Shown one piece after another: positions 18,911 through 28,776 of a stretch of DNA of 64,000 nucleotides (position 1 is the stretch's first letter; every line of letters begins with the position of its first letter). The stretch lies in assembly GCA_038212275.1 (NCBI GenBank), contig JBBQUR010000007.1, positions 160,440 to 224,439 of the forward strand, written 5' to 3'. Position numbers and translations under genes: made by a program. The stretch is from Planctomycetota bacterium (GTDB lineage Bacteria > Planctomycetota > B15-G4). Below the pieces are notes generated by a model. That model ran no database searches. It was given only the letters and a program-made list of their open reading frames with translations, and had not been told where the DNA came from.

Positions 18911-20400
18911 CGCCGGCCTGCCGCGCGTCTCTTGCCGCGGTGCTGCTGGTACTGGCGACCGTCTTCGCCTGCATGCCATCGCCGGCGATCCGTCCGGAAG
19001 CGCCGCGCACGGTGCTGCTGCTCGCCTGCCGCAGCTTCGATGGCAGCGATCGCGTGGCTCGTGTGCTCGACGACATGGCGCGCGCCACGGACGTGTTCGG
19101 CGACACGCGTTTCGTGGTCGACAGCCCGCCCGACGGCCGCTCCGAATCCCTGCCGGCGCTGCTCGCCCGGCACCCTGAGGCTTCCGTGGCGATCGCGATC
19201 GTCGGAGACCTCTCGCTGCTCGACGGCGTCGATCCGTCGCAGCCGCCGCACGCCTCGGGGCGCCTCACGGATCGCGTCCTCCGCAAGGACGCACTGCTCG
19301 AGCTGCTGGATCACCTCGAGCAGACGGCGCGCGCACAGGACACGGCGCTGATCCTCGCCAGCGCGCCGCTCGGCCGTCAGGCGCGCGTCGAAGTGCCCGA
19401 ATTGCTCGCGGTCGCGGAACTGGTGAGCAAGCGCGGGGCTCACATCGACATGGCCGGGCCGTTCATCGCGCTGGAGCCGGCGCTGCTCTTCGGCAACGGC
19501 CTCGATCTGCTCGACGAGTACGGGCACGACGCATTCGCGCGAGTCCTCTTCGAGCAATGCCTGGTCGACGATGGGCCGATTCCGGCGCGCAACGCCGCCG
19601 AGCGCTCGGCGCGCCTCCAGGCCCGCGCGCTGGCCGCCTTTCACGCCGACCGGCAAGCTGAGTTCGCGGAGCTGGCCGCGCTGGCCCTCGGCGACGGGGC
19701 ATCCGGCCCGGCCACCGCCGCCGCGCCTGCCAGCCCGCGGCACGCCGCGCGACTTGCAGCCATCGCGTCGGCGCGCGATGGCCTGGTGGCTGCGACGCCG
19801 CGCTGGAACGCCATCGCCGGCAGTGCAGACGACGTGCCCGGCCTCGCACTCGGCCGGGCGCTGGTGCGCACCCTGCCGCAGGGCGACGGCGCCGCGGTGC
19901 GCGACACGACCGAGTCCGTCACGTCACCGGGCGAAACTTTCGAGGCCGAACTCGTCGCGGCGATCGACGCCTTGCGGCAGACGGTCAGCCCCGCGCGCGA
20001 ACTGGCCACGCGCTGCGTAGAGGAGCACCCCGAGCGGCTGCCCGCATGGCTCGTGCTGCAGCTCGTCTCGCTGGCGCTCCCGCCGATCCAGGACGTGCGC
20101 GGCGAGGCACGCCGTCACATCGGCCTCTGCCCGCAAGACGCCGTGCCCGAGGCCCTGCTCACGAGAGTCTTCCGCCAGTGGCCGAACCCCGTCGACGATC
20201 TTCCGGCGCTGCTGCTCGCGGAGCGGCCGTGGGAGGACATGTCGCCGACCGGCCCGGTGCTCGAGATGGCGCGACGGCGTGCCGCGCTGGGATACGTCGA
20301 TCACGCGCTCGAGGTCCTGCGCGACGGCTTGAAGGGACTGCGCGTCCCGCCGAGCTGGGAGCTCGAAAGGCAGCGCATCGACGCGCTTCCCCGCCCGTGA
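18907..20400 (+). CDS. Hypothetical exported protein (possibly degenerate SGNH-like fold)
   Basis: ATGA overlap with the sulfatase-like gene; N-terminal hydrophobic helix; LFGNGLDLLDEYGH loosely recalls SGNH block V. Confidence 0.55.
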   Translation: MTPACRASLAAVLLVLATVFACMPSPAIRPEAPRTVLLLACRSFDGSDRVARVLDDMARATDVFGDTRFVVDSPPDGRSESLPALLARHPEASVAIAIVGDLSLLDGVDPSQPPHASGRLTDRVLRKDALLELLDHLEQTARAQDTALILASAPLGRQARVEVPELLAVAELVSKRGAHIDMAGPFIALEPALLFGNGLDLLDEYGHDAFARVLFEQCLVDDGPIPARNAAERSARLQARALAAFHADRQAEFAELAALALGDGASGPATAAAPASPRHAARLAAIASARDGLVAATPRWNAIAGSADDVPGLALGRALVRTLPQGDGAAVRDTTESVTSPGETFEAELVAAIDALRQTVSPARELATRCVEEHPERLPAWLVLQLVSLALPPIQDVRGEARRHIGLCPQDAVPEALLTRVFRQWPNPVDDLPALLLAERPWEDMSPTGPVLEMARRRAALGYVDHALEVLRDGLKGLRVPPSWELERQRIDALPRP

Positions 20401-20432
20401 TGCCCCGTGATGCCCCGTGATGCGCCCATGAT
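20392..20432. repeat. 10-bp tandem repeat (GCCCCGTGAT) in the convergent intergenic gap
   Basis: cgcccgtgatgccccgtgatgccccgtgatgcgcccatgat. Confidence 0.7.
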
Positions 20433-20489
20433 GCGCATGCCGGGTGATGAGTTGCCGAGGCACCGAGGCAAGCACCTCGGCGTCGCGAC

Positions 20490-21524
20490 TCAGCCGCCGA
20501 GCTGATTCATCTGGGCGTGGCCATGCCCGGCGTGGACCGGGGGCTTCACGCGGCGAAGGAAGTCCAGCGCCTCGGCGAGGCCGCCCTCGATCGTGCCCGG
20601 ATCGCCGTCGCGCACGAGGTCACGGACGGTCACTTCACCTCCCTCGAAGAGGCAGCTTCGCAACGTGCCGTCCGAGGTGAGGCGCACGCGGTTGCAGGTC
20701 TCGCAGAACGGCATCGAAATGGCGGCGATGATGCCGACGCGCGCTCCGGTCGCAGCGACCGTGAACGTATCGGCTGGCCCGCTGCCGCGCGGACGGGGCA
20801 GCAGCGGAGCGTGCGCCGCGATGCGCGCCCGGATCTCGGACAGCGGCACGGGCTGCGCGCGGTGCCCGTAGTCGTTGCTGGTCATCGGCATGAACTCGAT
20901 GAAGCGCTGCTCGAGGCCTCGCGCCGCCGCGAAGTCCAGCATCGCGGGGATCTCGTCGTCGTTGATTCCGCCCATCACGACCATGTTCAGCTTGGTGGCC
21001 CGGAAGCCGACGGCGAGCGCCGCATCGATGCCGGCGAGCACGGCAGGAAGACCCGGCCGCCGGGCAAGACGCAGGAATCGCTCCGCCTGCAGCGTGTCGA
21101 GGCTGATGTTCAGGCGGTCGAGCCCCGCATCGCGCAGCTCCTGCGCCTGCTGCGCCAGCAGCATGCCGTTGGTGGTCATGACCACCTTCGGACTGGACGG
21201 GATCGCCTTGAGCATCGCCACGAGGCGCGAGATGTCGCGCCGCACGAGGGGCTCTCCGCCCGTCAGCCGGATCTTGTTCACCCCGTGTGCGACGAGCACG
21301 CGCGCGACCGCGACAATTTCCTCGTAGCGGAGCAGCCCCTCGTGCGGAAGGAACTCCTGCTCCTCCGGCATGCAGTACTGGCAGCGCAGATTGCAGCGAT
21401 CCGTGACGGAGACGCGCAGGTAGGTGATCGCGCGGGCGGGTCCCGGTGCGCCTGAAGCCCCACCGGCGAACCCGGCCGGGGCCGATCGCCATGCGGGTGG
21501 CTCGTCGATGTGGATGGGCGGCAC
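20490..21524 (-). CDS. moaA: GTP 3',8-cyclase (molybdenum cofactor biosynthesis)
   Basis: YLRVSVTDRCNLRCQYC, RLTGGEP, NISLDTL, RFIEFMP, FCETCNRVRLTSDGTLRSCL, C-terminal GG. Confidence 0.95.
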   Translation of the reverse strand: MPPIHIDEPPAWRSAPAGFAGGASGAPGPARAITYLRVSVTDRCNLRCQYCMPEEQEFLPHEGLLRYEEIVAVARVLVAHGVNKIRLTGGEPLVRRDISRLVAMLKAIPSSPKVVMTTNGMLLAQQAQELRDAGLDRLNISLDTLQAERFLRLARRPGLPAVLAGIDAALAVGFRATKLNMVVMGGINDDEIPAMLDFAAARGLEQRFIEFMPMTSNDYGHRAQPVPLSEIRARIAAHAPLLPRPRGSGPADTFTVAATGARVGIIAAISMPFCETCNRVRLTSDGTLRSCLFEGGEVTVRDLVRDGDPGTIEGGLAEALDFLRRVKPPVHAGHGHAQMNQLGG

Positions 21525-21661
21525 GCGGCACGCTCCTTGGAGGCGACAGGCGTCAGCACTCTACCAAGGAGCGCGACGCGCCGTGCCGGCGGGGCTCGCC
21601 GTGCCGGCGCGGCTCCTGCGAGCGGCCGACACGGCGTCGGATCAGGCTCCGGCGCGTCGGG

Positions 21662-22915
21662 TCAGATGTAGTCTTCGAGTTCCTGGAGCAGCCGCGGCTT
21701 CTGCAGCTTGCCCAGCGCCTTCACCTGCATCTGGCGGACGCGCTCGCGCGAGACGCTCATCGTCGCGCCGATCTCGTCCAGCGTCCGGGGTTCGGTGCCG
21801 CCGAGGCCGAAGCGCATCTTGAGGATGTCCCGCTCCTGGGCGGTGAGGTTGCCGACGAGCACTTCATCGAGACGGCGGCCGAGCATGCGCAGTTCGGCGG
21901 CCGAGATCGGCCGACTCTCGTCCTCCTCGGCAGCGATCGTGGAGCCGAATGAGCTCTCGTCGTCGCCCAGCGTGGCGTCCAGCGAGAACCACGAGCGATC
22001 CGTCTCCATGAGGCGTGCAGCGGCCTCCATCGAGGAGTCGAAATGCCGGCTCACGTCCCGGAGGTCCATGTCGCGCTGATTGCGCGGCAACTTGCCCTCG
22101 CGACGCAGGCGGCGCATCTTCTGCTGCACGTAGTTGGGCACGCGCACGATGCCGCGGTTGGCAGTGATCATGCGCTCGATCGCCTGCCGCACCCAGAAGG
22201 CTGCGTAGGTGCCGAAGCGAACGTCCTTGCGCCAATCGAACTTCTCCACCGCGCGGATGAGCGAGGCATTGCCTTCCTGGATCAGGTCCATGACGGGGAT
22301 CCCGTAGGTCCGGTAGGCCGACGACATGCCGATCACCAGGTAGAGGTTGCGCTCGACGCAATGGCCGCGGATGCGGTTGTAGTCGGCGCAGGCCTGCTGG
22401 AGCGGCGCGCCCAGGGCGGGGCACGGCAGCGAGACGAGCTTGCCGCTCTTGTGCGGCTTCAACGTCGTGAGCGCCTTGTCGAGCGCGCGGCAGTTGGCGC
22501 TGCGCAGCACCAGGTCGCGCGTTTCGGCAGGGAGCTTCAGGGCATCGACCTCGCGCTCGAGGCGCGCACGCACGAACTCGAGCCGCCGCGCGAGGATGGA
22601 CTCCTCCAGTCGCGTGAGGCGCGGGAGCGTGCGGACGGCGTCCGCGTACATGTTGAAGTGATCCGTGCCGGCCGCCGCCTGAGCGAGCCCCGACAGGTCC
22701 AGCGAGTGGTCGAGGAGGTCCGGGCGTTCCTCGGCATCGACGACCACGACGCCCAGGAGGCCACGCAGCAGCGCCGTGAACTTCGATTTGGTTCGGCAGG
22801 CCTCGAGGAGGAGCCGATCCAGGCGGTTCCACGGGATGGTCCGCAACTCGCGCGCCTCGTGCATGACGCGGCGCTTCTCGGTGGCGGTGTAGGCGATCAG
22901 GGCTTCCTTCTTCAT
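21662..22915 (-). CDS. Sigma-70 family RNA polymerase sigma factor (group 2/3-like alternative sigma)
   Basis: Region 1.2 (LPRLTRLEE), region 2 DLIQEGNASLIRAVEKFD and FGTYAAFWVRQAI, region 4 TLDEIG...SRERVRQMQ; GGAG SD before ATG 22915. Confidence 0.92.
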   Translation of the reverse strand: MKKEALIAYTATEKRRVMHEARELRTIPWNRLDRLLLEACRTKSKFTALLRGLLGVVVVDAEERPDLLDHSLDLSGLAQAAAGTDHFNMYADAVRTLPRLTRLEESILARRLEFVRARLEREVDALKLPAETRDLVLRSANCRALDKALTTLKPHKSGKLVSLPCPALGAPLQQACADYNRIRGHCVERNLYLVIGMSSAYRTYGIPVMDLIQEGNASLIRAVEKFDWRKDVRFGTYAAFWVRQAIERMITANRGIVRVPNYVQQKMRRLRREGKLPRNQRDMDLRDVSRHFDSSMEAAARLMETDRSWFSLDATLGDDESSFGSTIAAEEDESRPISAAELRMLGRRLDEVLVGNLTAQERDILKMRFGLGGTEPRTLDEIGATMSVSRERVRQMQVKALGKLQKPRLLQELEDYI

Positions 22916-22931
22916 GCGACTCCGTCCTTGG

Positions 22932-23546
22932 TCAGGAAGACTGGACATCAACGGCTTTCAACGTGGCTGCCTCGAGGAGGCTGCTCAGGCAATCGGGCAT
23001 GGCATGCCCCGACGCATCCGCGAGACATGTGATGCAGTCCGCGTCGTAAGGCTTTCCGTGGCACCCGTCGCACAGGCCGATGCAGCGCCTCGCCGCTTCG
23101 AGCTCCGCGAGAAGCACCTGCTGCTCCGCGATGCGCTCGCGGATCCGTTCCTCGCGCAGCTGAAGGGACCGGGCCATTCCACCCATGCCGTCGAGTGCCG
23201 ACGGGCTGCCGTGCAGGGCGCGCTGGATCTCGACGATCTCGTCCAGCGCAAAGCCGGCTTGCTTGAGACGCAGGATGCCCCGGGCGGCCCGTACGTGTTC
23301 ATCGCCATAGACCCGCATGCCCCCCGAGGTGCGCCGGGCAGGCGGCAGCAGACTCCGCTCCTCCCAGTAGCGCAGCGCACGCGTGGTCAGGCCGAGACGA
23401 TCCGCCAGTTCGCCGATCTTCACGAGGTGCCCATCGGCGGCTCCATGCCTCATCGACCCGACGACCGAGGACTCGGACGGGTCAAGCTCCGACGGTTGCG
23501 CCGGCAAGGGGGGAGTGATCCGCTTTTCGTTGCGGGGAGCATTCAT
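22932..23546 (-). CDS. MerR-family transcriptional regulator with Cys-rich C-terminus
   Basis: KIGELADRLGLTTRALRYWEERSLL...RTSGGMRVY wHTH; C-terminal CIGLCDGC-x8-CITC-x11-C. Start uncertain (23546 or 23630). Confidence 0.88.
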   Translation of the reverse strand: MNAPRNEKRITPPLPAQPSELDPSESSVVGSMRHGAADGHLVKIGELADRLGLTTRALRYWEERSLLPPARRTSGGMRVYGDEHVRAARGILRLKQAGFALDEIVEIQRALHGSPSALDGMGGMARSLQLREERIRERIAEQQVLLAELEAARRCIGLCDGCHGKPYDADCITCLADASGHAMPDCLSSLLEAATLKAVDVQSS

Positions 23547-23679
23547 CGGAGCCTCGTCTCTGCGGAAAGGAGTGCCGTGGACCTCGGCATATCGAGCAAA
23601 CCGCTGTCCACTTGCAGCCGTTGTGGGCATGTCGCCAAAGGCTAGCGATGCATTCCGTACACGTCAACCATCATGCCCG

Positions 23680-23790
23680 TTTTGACACACGGGCGACATA
23701 ACGACTTAACAAGTTTAAATACAACGGGTTGCGGCACTTGTACTGCGACATGGCAGCAATGTTTGAACGATATTTATCTAGATATCTTTT
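23680..23790 (-). promoter_or_regulatory. AT-rich promoter region upstream of merR-sigma, with imperfect palindrome GATATTTATCTAGATATC
   Basis: Marked drop in GC content; dyad at 23769-23786. Confidence 0.45.
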
Positions 23791-23999
23791 CGGGCAACCA
23801 TGCGCCGCGGGGCCGTCGATGCGCTGCTTGGATTGGCTCAGCAGGGCAGAGGTTTCCGATTCGCAAGCACGTGCGGGCCGCCAGTGAGGCAGTCAGCGTG
23901 TCGATCGCCCCTGCCGGCGAGGCACCCACGAGGGTGCGCCGCGCCCGATCGGGAATGCCCCCGCAGCGGCTCGTCGGCCGGCTCCGCCGGCCCGGCGAC

Positions 24000-24452
24000 T
24001 CAGAGCGCCATCACCTGCAACACGAGGTGATACGCGCCGAGGGCGAAGTAGAAGGCAAATCCCACGCCCAGCGCATAGCGCGCCGGACGGAAGGTCTTGT
24101 GCAGCATCACGAACAGCAGGCACAGGCCCGAGAGGACGCCCTTCGCGATCACGAAGAACATGCCGCCCTGGTCGATCATCCACTGCGCCACCGGGTTCAG
24201 CTCTTCGCCACCCTTGCCCAGGTAGATCAGCGTGGAGACCGAGTCCACCACCGTGAGGGCGAAGAAGAACAGCAGCAGCAGCACGAGCCGAGGGCTGTAC
24301 ACGTCGACGTAGATGTTCTCGGTCTCGCCGTCTCGCCGCCCGGAACGACGACGCCCGCCGAAGAAGGTGTAGCGGGAGAGCATCGGGGTCGCGCGGCGCC
24401 GACGATCCGGGCCACGCGGCGGCAGTTGCTGCTCGGAGGGCGCGCTATCCAT
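24000..24452 (-). CDS. DUF5658-family small membrane protein
   Basis: LTVVDSVSTLIYLGKGGEELNPVA...FVIAK motif after Arg-rich RRRATPMLSRYTFFGGRRR; GGAGG SD. Confidence 0.8.
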   Translation of the reverse strand: MDSAPSEQQLPPRGPDRRRRATPMLSRYTFFGGRRRSGRRDGETENIYVDVYSPRLVLLLLFFFALTVVDSVSTLIYLGKGGEELNPVAQWMIDQGGMFFVIAKGVLSGLCLLFVMLHKTFRPARYALGVGFAFYFALGAYHLVLQVMAL

Positions 24453-24584
24453 GGCCTCCCTATCGGCGCGCACGAGCCGGAACTTGCATCGGTCATCGGG
24501 AAGCTGGGCGGGTGCCTTGAGTGAGGCGCGGGCCCCACCCAGCCACGGTGTCACCGCCACACCGCGTTCCATTAGACTCCAGCC

Positions 24585-26264
24585 ATGCTCCGCCGGCTGG
24601 TACCGCATGCGCTGGTGCTCCTGGCAGCCCTGCTGGCCTGCTGGCCCGCCATGCGGGGCTCCTTCGTCTACGACGACGAGTACTACGTCGTGCGCAATCC
24701 GGCCGTCTCCGGTGATGGTTCCGCCTGGAGCGCCCCCCTCGGCGCCCCAAGCCAGGCCTTGTGGCGGCCACTGACCGTGGCCACCTTCGCTGCGCAGTGG
24801 GACGGTTCGGGCGACGCTGCGCCCTTCCGCGCCGCAAACTTCGCATGTCATGTGCTCGTGGCCCTCGCCCTGCTCGAGCTCGGCCTTGCGCTGGGACTCG
24901 GCGTCGGGGGCAGCCTGGCGGCGGCCCTCCTCTTCGCGGTTCACCCCGTGCACGCGGAGGCCGTGGCATGGGCCTCGGGCCGCGCCGAACTGCTTGCGGC
25001 ACTCTGCGTGCTGCTCGCGTGGCGCGCCCATCTGTCTCGCGCGACCGGCGCCCCACTGGCCGCAGCGGTGCTGCTCGCCGCCGGTCTGCTCTGCAAGGAG
25101 AACGCCGCCCTCGCTCCGCTGCTCTTCGCCACCGTCGATGGCGCACGCCGCAACGTGCGACCCGTCCCGTGGAGGCGCCTCGCGCTGCTGGCCGCGGTCG
25201 TGCTTGCGGCCGTCACTGTGCGCTCCGTGGTGCTTCCGCAGGCGCTGCCCGGGGACACGCCCTTCGGCGACGTGTCCCTGCCGGCCCGCGGGCTCGTGGC
25301 CCTGAACATCCTGGGACGCGCCTGCCTGCTCCTCGCATGGCCCGAGCCGCTGCGCGTCTTCTATTCGAGGCAGGAATTCATCGGGCTGCAGGCGCTGTGG
25401 TGGTTGGTGGCCGTGGCATGGCTGATGCTTGCCGTCGGCTTGCGTCGCCGCCAGCCGCTCGCGGCCGCGGCGTTGCTCTGCGTGCCGCTCGCGTTGATCA
25501 CGGTGCTGAACATCGTGCCCATCGGCGCCACGTTTGCGGAGCGCTTCCTCTACCTGCCATCGGCGCTGGCTTGCCTTGCGGTGGGAGCCATGCTTGCCGC
25601 TCGCGGTCGCACCGAGCTGCGCAGCGGCGCCGGCCTCGGCGTCAGTGTCCTGCTGCCAGCGCTCGCGCTGCTCATCGCCGTGCCCATGTGCCGCAGCGCC
25701 ATGGCCGTGTTTCACGACGATCTCACGCTCTGGGCGCACGCGGCTGCCGTTGCGCCGGAGGTCGCTCACGCCCGCTACAACCACGGCTATTTTCTCGACG
25801 CTGCGGGCCGCCACACGCCCGAAGATCGCGACCGACCCGGCGCCGCCGAGGAACTGGAGGAGTCGCTGCGCCTCGATCCGCGGCACCGTTACGCAGGCTA
25901 CGCGCACCAGATTCTCGGCAACATCGCGCTGCAGGGGCGAGGCCGGCGACTCGCGGACCCGACCGCCGCCGCGCATCACTATCGAGCGGCGCTGGAGCGC
26001 ATGCCCGAGCTGATCGAGGCACGCATGAACCTGGCCAGCCTGGCTCTCTCGGCGCCGACCGTCGTGGATCGCGACGAGGCGATCGAGCTGCTCACCGGCG
26101 TGAGCATCGCCTCCGGAGCCACGGCAGAGCAGCGGGAGGAGGCCCAGCTCATGCGATTGCAGCTGCTTGCGCCCGAGCCTCCGGCATCCGACGCGGACTC
26201 GGAGGATGCCGCGACGCCGGAGCCGCCTTCGACGACGGGAACATCGTCACCCGCAGGGTCGTGA
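24585..26264 (+). CDS. TMTC-like GT-C membrane glycosyltransferase with TPR tail (putative protein O-mannosyltransferase)
   Basis: FVYDDEYYVVRNP, WRPLT, LFAVHPVHAEAVAWASGRAE, LLCKE, AERFLYLP, C-terminal TPR-like helices. Confidence 0.85.
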   Translation: MLRRLVPHALVLLAALLACWPAMRGSFVYDDEYYVVRNPAVSGDGSAWSAPLGAPSQALWRPLTVATFAAQWDGSGDAAPFRAANFACHVLVALALLELGLALGLGVGGSLAAALLFAVHPVHAEAVAWASGRAELLAALCVLLAWRAHLSRATGAPLAAAVLLAAGLLCKENAALAPLLFATVDGARRNVRPVPWRRLALLAAVVLAAVTVRSVVLPQALPGDTPFGDVSLPARGLVALNILGRACLLLAWPEPLRVFYSRQEFIGLQALWWLVAVAWLMLAVGLRRRQPLAAAALLCVPLALITVLNIVPIGATFAERFLYLPSALACLAVGAMLAARGRTELRSGAGLGVSVLLPALALLIAVPMCRSAMAVFHDDLTLWAHAAAVAPEVAHARYNHGYFLDAAGRHTPEDRDRPGAAEELEESLRLDPRHRYAGYAHQILGNIALQGRGRRLADPTAAAHHYRAALERMPELIEARMNLASLALSAPTVVDRDEAIELLTGVSIASGATAEQREEAQLMRLQLLAPEPPASDADSEDAATPEPPSTTGTSSPAGS

Positions 26265-26533
26265 CCGCGCGATGCGAGGTGGATCACCCCGTGAATCGGA
26301 CTGTGGGCCGGGTCGCGCGTGCTGTAGAACGGGATCATCTCCTCGCGCGAACGACCCAGCCACAGGCCGCCTCAACGACCGATGGTGCCCACCATGATGC
26401 ACGGTACGCGCACCTCGAAGTCGTCGCGCGACGACTTCCAGACGCCGACTCGCCCGGTCCGCGCCGTCGCGCCAGGCCAGCCGCACGCCGAAGCGACTGC
26501 CGGTCCGCTCGACCACGCCGACAGGATCGCGTC

Positions 26534-27538
26534 ATGACCTCGGCCACGGTGCTGATCGTGAACTTCAACGGCGGCGCCCTGCTGGCGCGCTGCCTGGAGA
26601 CGGTGCTCGCGCAGCAACCTCCGCCCGCGGAGATCGTGGTGGTGGACAACGCATCGCATGATGGCTCCGTCGCCACGCTCCCCGAAGGCGTCCGCCTGGT
26701 TTCCATGCCTCGCAATGCCGGCTACTCCGCTGCCGTGAACGCCGGGCTTGCCGCCACCACGGCGCCGTACGTCCTCATGCTGAACCCCGACACGGAGTTG
26801 TTTCCCGGGTGCCTCGCGGCCGCCGTCGCCGCACTGCACGCGGACTACGAACTCGGCTCGGTAGCCCCGCGCGTGCTCCTCGCGGCCGAGCCGACGCGCC
26901 TGGATGCCATCGGCATCGGTCTCACGTCCCGCTTCTCGCAACTCAACATCGGCCACGGGCGGCTCGACACGGACGTACCGGCCGAACCACGTACCGTGCT
27001 CGGGCCGCTGGGCGGCGCGGCCCTCTGGCGCCGTCGCGCGCTGAAGCAGGCCGGTCTCTTCAGCGAAGACTTCTTCCTCTACTGGGAGGACGTGGACATC
27101 GCGCTGCGCGTGAACCGCGCCGGCTACACGTGCCGCACGGTGCCGACGGCGCGCGTGCTGCACCACGGCAGCGCGACCATCGGGCGCGGCTCCATCACGA
27201 ACGTGTTCTACATGCTGAGGAATCACGCACCGTGCCTGCTCGGCGCGCTGCCCGGTCCGCTGCTGCGCAACCGCTGCGTCTGGCTGATCCTCGCGCCGAT
27301 GCGCGCCGCCGTGCTCCACGGCCGCCGCGGACGGCCCTTCACCGCGATCGCCGGCCTGCTGTGCGGCTTCGCGCTGTTTCCCGCCGCCTACCTGCGCCGA
27401 CGCCGCCTCACCCGGAGCGGCACCAGCCGCAAGGCCGCCGACCGCATCGCCGCGCTCATGGCCGCCACCGACGCCGACCGGCTCGCGATGAAAGCCGCGG
27501 AACGGGCCCTGCGCGCTCCGCACGGACATGGCGCATGA
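26534..27538 (+). CDS. Glycosyltransferase family 2 (WbbL-like)
   Basis: IVNFNG, VVDNASHDGS, NAGYSAAVN, LNPD, FFLYWEDVD. Confidence 0.9.
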   Translation: MTSATVLIVNFNGGALLARCLETVLAQQPPPAEIVVVDNASHDGSVATLPEGVRLVSMPRNAGYSAAVNAGLAATTAPYVLMLNPDTELFPGCLAAAVAALHADYELGSVAPRVLLAAEPTRLDAIGIGLTSRFSQLNIGHGRLDTDVPAEPRTVLGPLGGAALWRRRALKQAGLFSEDFFLYWEDVDIALRVNRAGYTCRTVPTARVLHHGSATIGRGSITNVFYMLRNHAPCLLGALPGPLLRNRCVWLILAPMRAAVLHGRRGRPFTAIAGLLCGFALFPAAYLRRRRLTRSGTSRKAADRIAALMAATDADRLAMKAAERALRAPHGHGA

Positions 27539-28776
27539 GATTTCTCTCCGTCGCAACCTTCGCGTGGCCCGACCACTACGGCGGTGCGGAGCGCGTCATC
27601 GGCGAGGTGGCGACCCGCCTCGTGCAACGCGGGCACGAGGTCACGCTGCTGACGTCGTGCATCGACGGCCTGCCCGAGCGCGAGTTGCGCGACGGCGTGC
27701 AGGTGCGGCGCTACGCCGTGGACCGCGCTTCGCCGGTGCGCTTCTACCGCAGCGTGTTCGCCGGCGTGCGAGAGGCGCTGCGCAGCGGCAGCCTCCCGCC
27801 GCACGACGTGCTGCACCTGCACCAGATGCTCTCCGGCGTGGCCGCCGTCGCGCCGGGCCTGGGTCGTCACGGCACGGCAGGCGGCGGCGCCGTCATCGGC
27901 AGCTTCTACGCACCGTACAACGAGGAGTACCTGGCGCGCTTCCGTGACGGCCACGCCGCAGGAGACGTGCCGTGGTCCGCGCGCGCCGTCTCCGCGGTGC
28001 TGCGCCACGGCGACCGGGCGCTGCTGCGGGCGAGTCGGCAGGTCGTGGTGCTCTCGCGCTTCTCTCTCGGCCAGGTCGCGGGGCTGCTGCCGTCGGCTGC
28101 CGCGCGCACCACGATTGCAGCGCCCGGCGTGGACCTCGTGCGCTTCACGCCGGCTCCCGATCGCACGGCGGCACGTGCGGCAGCCGACGTGTTCGGCCTG
28201 CCATCGGACGGCACGCCCCTGCTCCTCTCGGTGCGACGCCTCGTGCCGCGCATGGGCCTTGCCGACCTGATCGAAGCCGCAGCCATCCTCGGCGCGCGCG
28301 GCGTACGCTGTCACGTCGCGATTGCAGGCACGGGTGAAGAACGCGACGCACTGGCGGCGCGCGCAGCGGCCGCGGGGCTCGCGGGACGCTGCAGCTTCCT
28401 CGGTCGCGTCGCGGAGGAGCGCCTGCCCGAGCTGTACCGCGCCGCGTCGGCCTTCGTGCTGCCGACGCGCTGCCTCGAAGGCTTCGGCATGGCGACGGCC
28501 GAAGCGCTGGCGAGCGGCCTGCCCGTCGTGGCGACGGAGGTCGGCGCGAATGCGGAGCTGCTGGCGGGCGTCTCCGGGAGCGCGCTCGTGCCGCCGGCCG
28601 ATCCTGCCGCACTTGCCGATGCGCTGACGCCGCTGCTCACCGACCTCGACGCCGCCGCCCGTGCCGGTCGCGCCGCGCGGGCGCACGCCGAGGCCCGGCT
28701 CACCTGGAACGGCCACATCGATGCCGTGGAGCAGGCCGGCGAACGCGCGCTGGCCGCCGCGGGAGCGGGCAAGTGA
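27535..28776 (+). CDS. Glycosyltransferase family 4
   Basis: GGAERV, RLVPRMG, EGFGMATAEALASGLPVV; ATGA overlap with the upstream gene. Confidence 0.9.
   Translation: MRFLSVATFAWPDHYGGAERVIGEVATRLVQRGHEVTLLTSCIDGLPERELRDGVQVRRYAVDRASPVRFYRSVFAGVREALRSGSLPPHDVLHLHQMLSGVAAVAPGLGRHGTAGGGAVIGSFYAPYNEEYLARFRDGHAAGDVPWSARAVSAVLRHGDRALLRASRQVVVLSRFSLGQVAGLLPSAAARTTIAAPGVDLVRFTPAPDRTAARAAADVFGLPSDGTPLLLSVRRLVPRMGLADLIEAAAILGARGVRCHVAIAGTGEERDALAARAAAAGLAGRCSFLGRVAEERLPELYRAASAFVLPTRCLEGFGMATAEALASGLPVVATEVGANAELLAGVSGSALVPPADPAALADALTPLLTDLDAAARAGRAARAHAEARLTWNGHIDAVEQAGERALAAAGAGK

Noticed and set aside
24761..27538. Apparent large fusion ORFs (24761..27538, 14653..16839, 26809..28776, 30819..33635, 32495..34810, 38888..41224)
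   Set aside because: The N-terminal extensions overlap upstream genes in other frames; real starts were placed at coupled or motif-supported codons.
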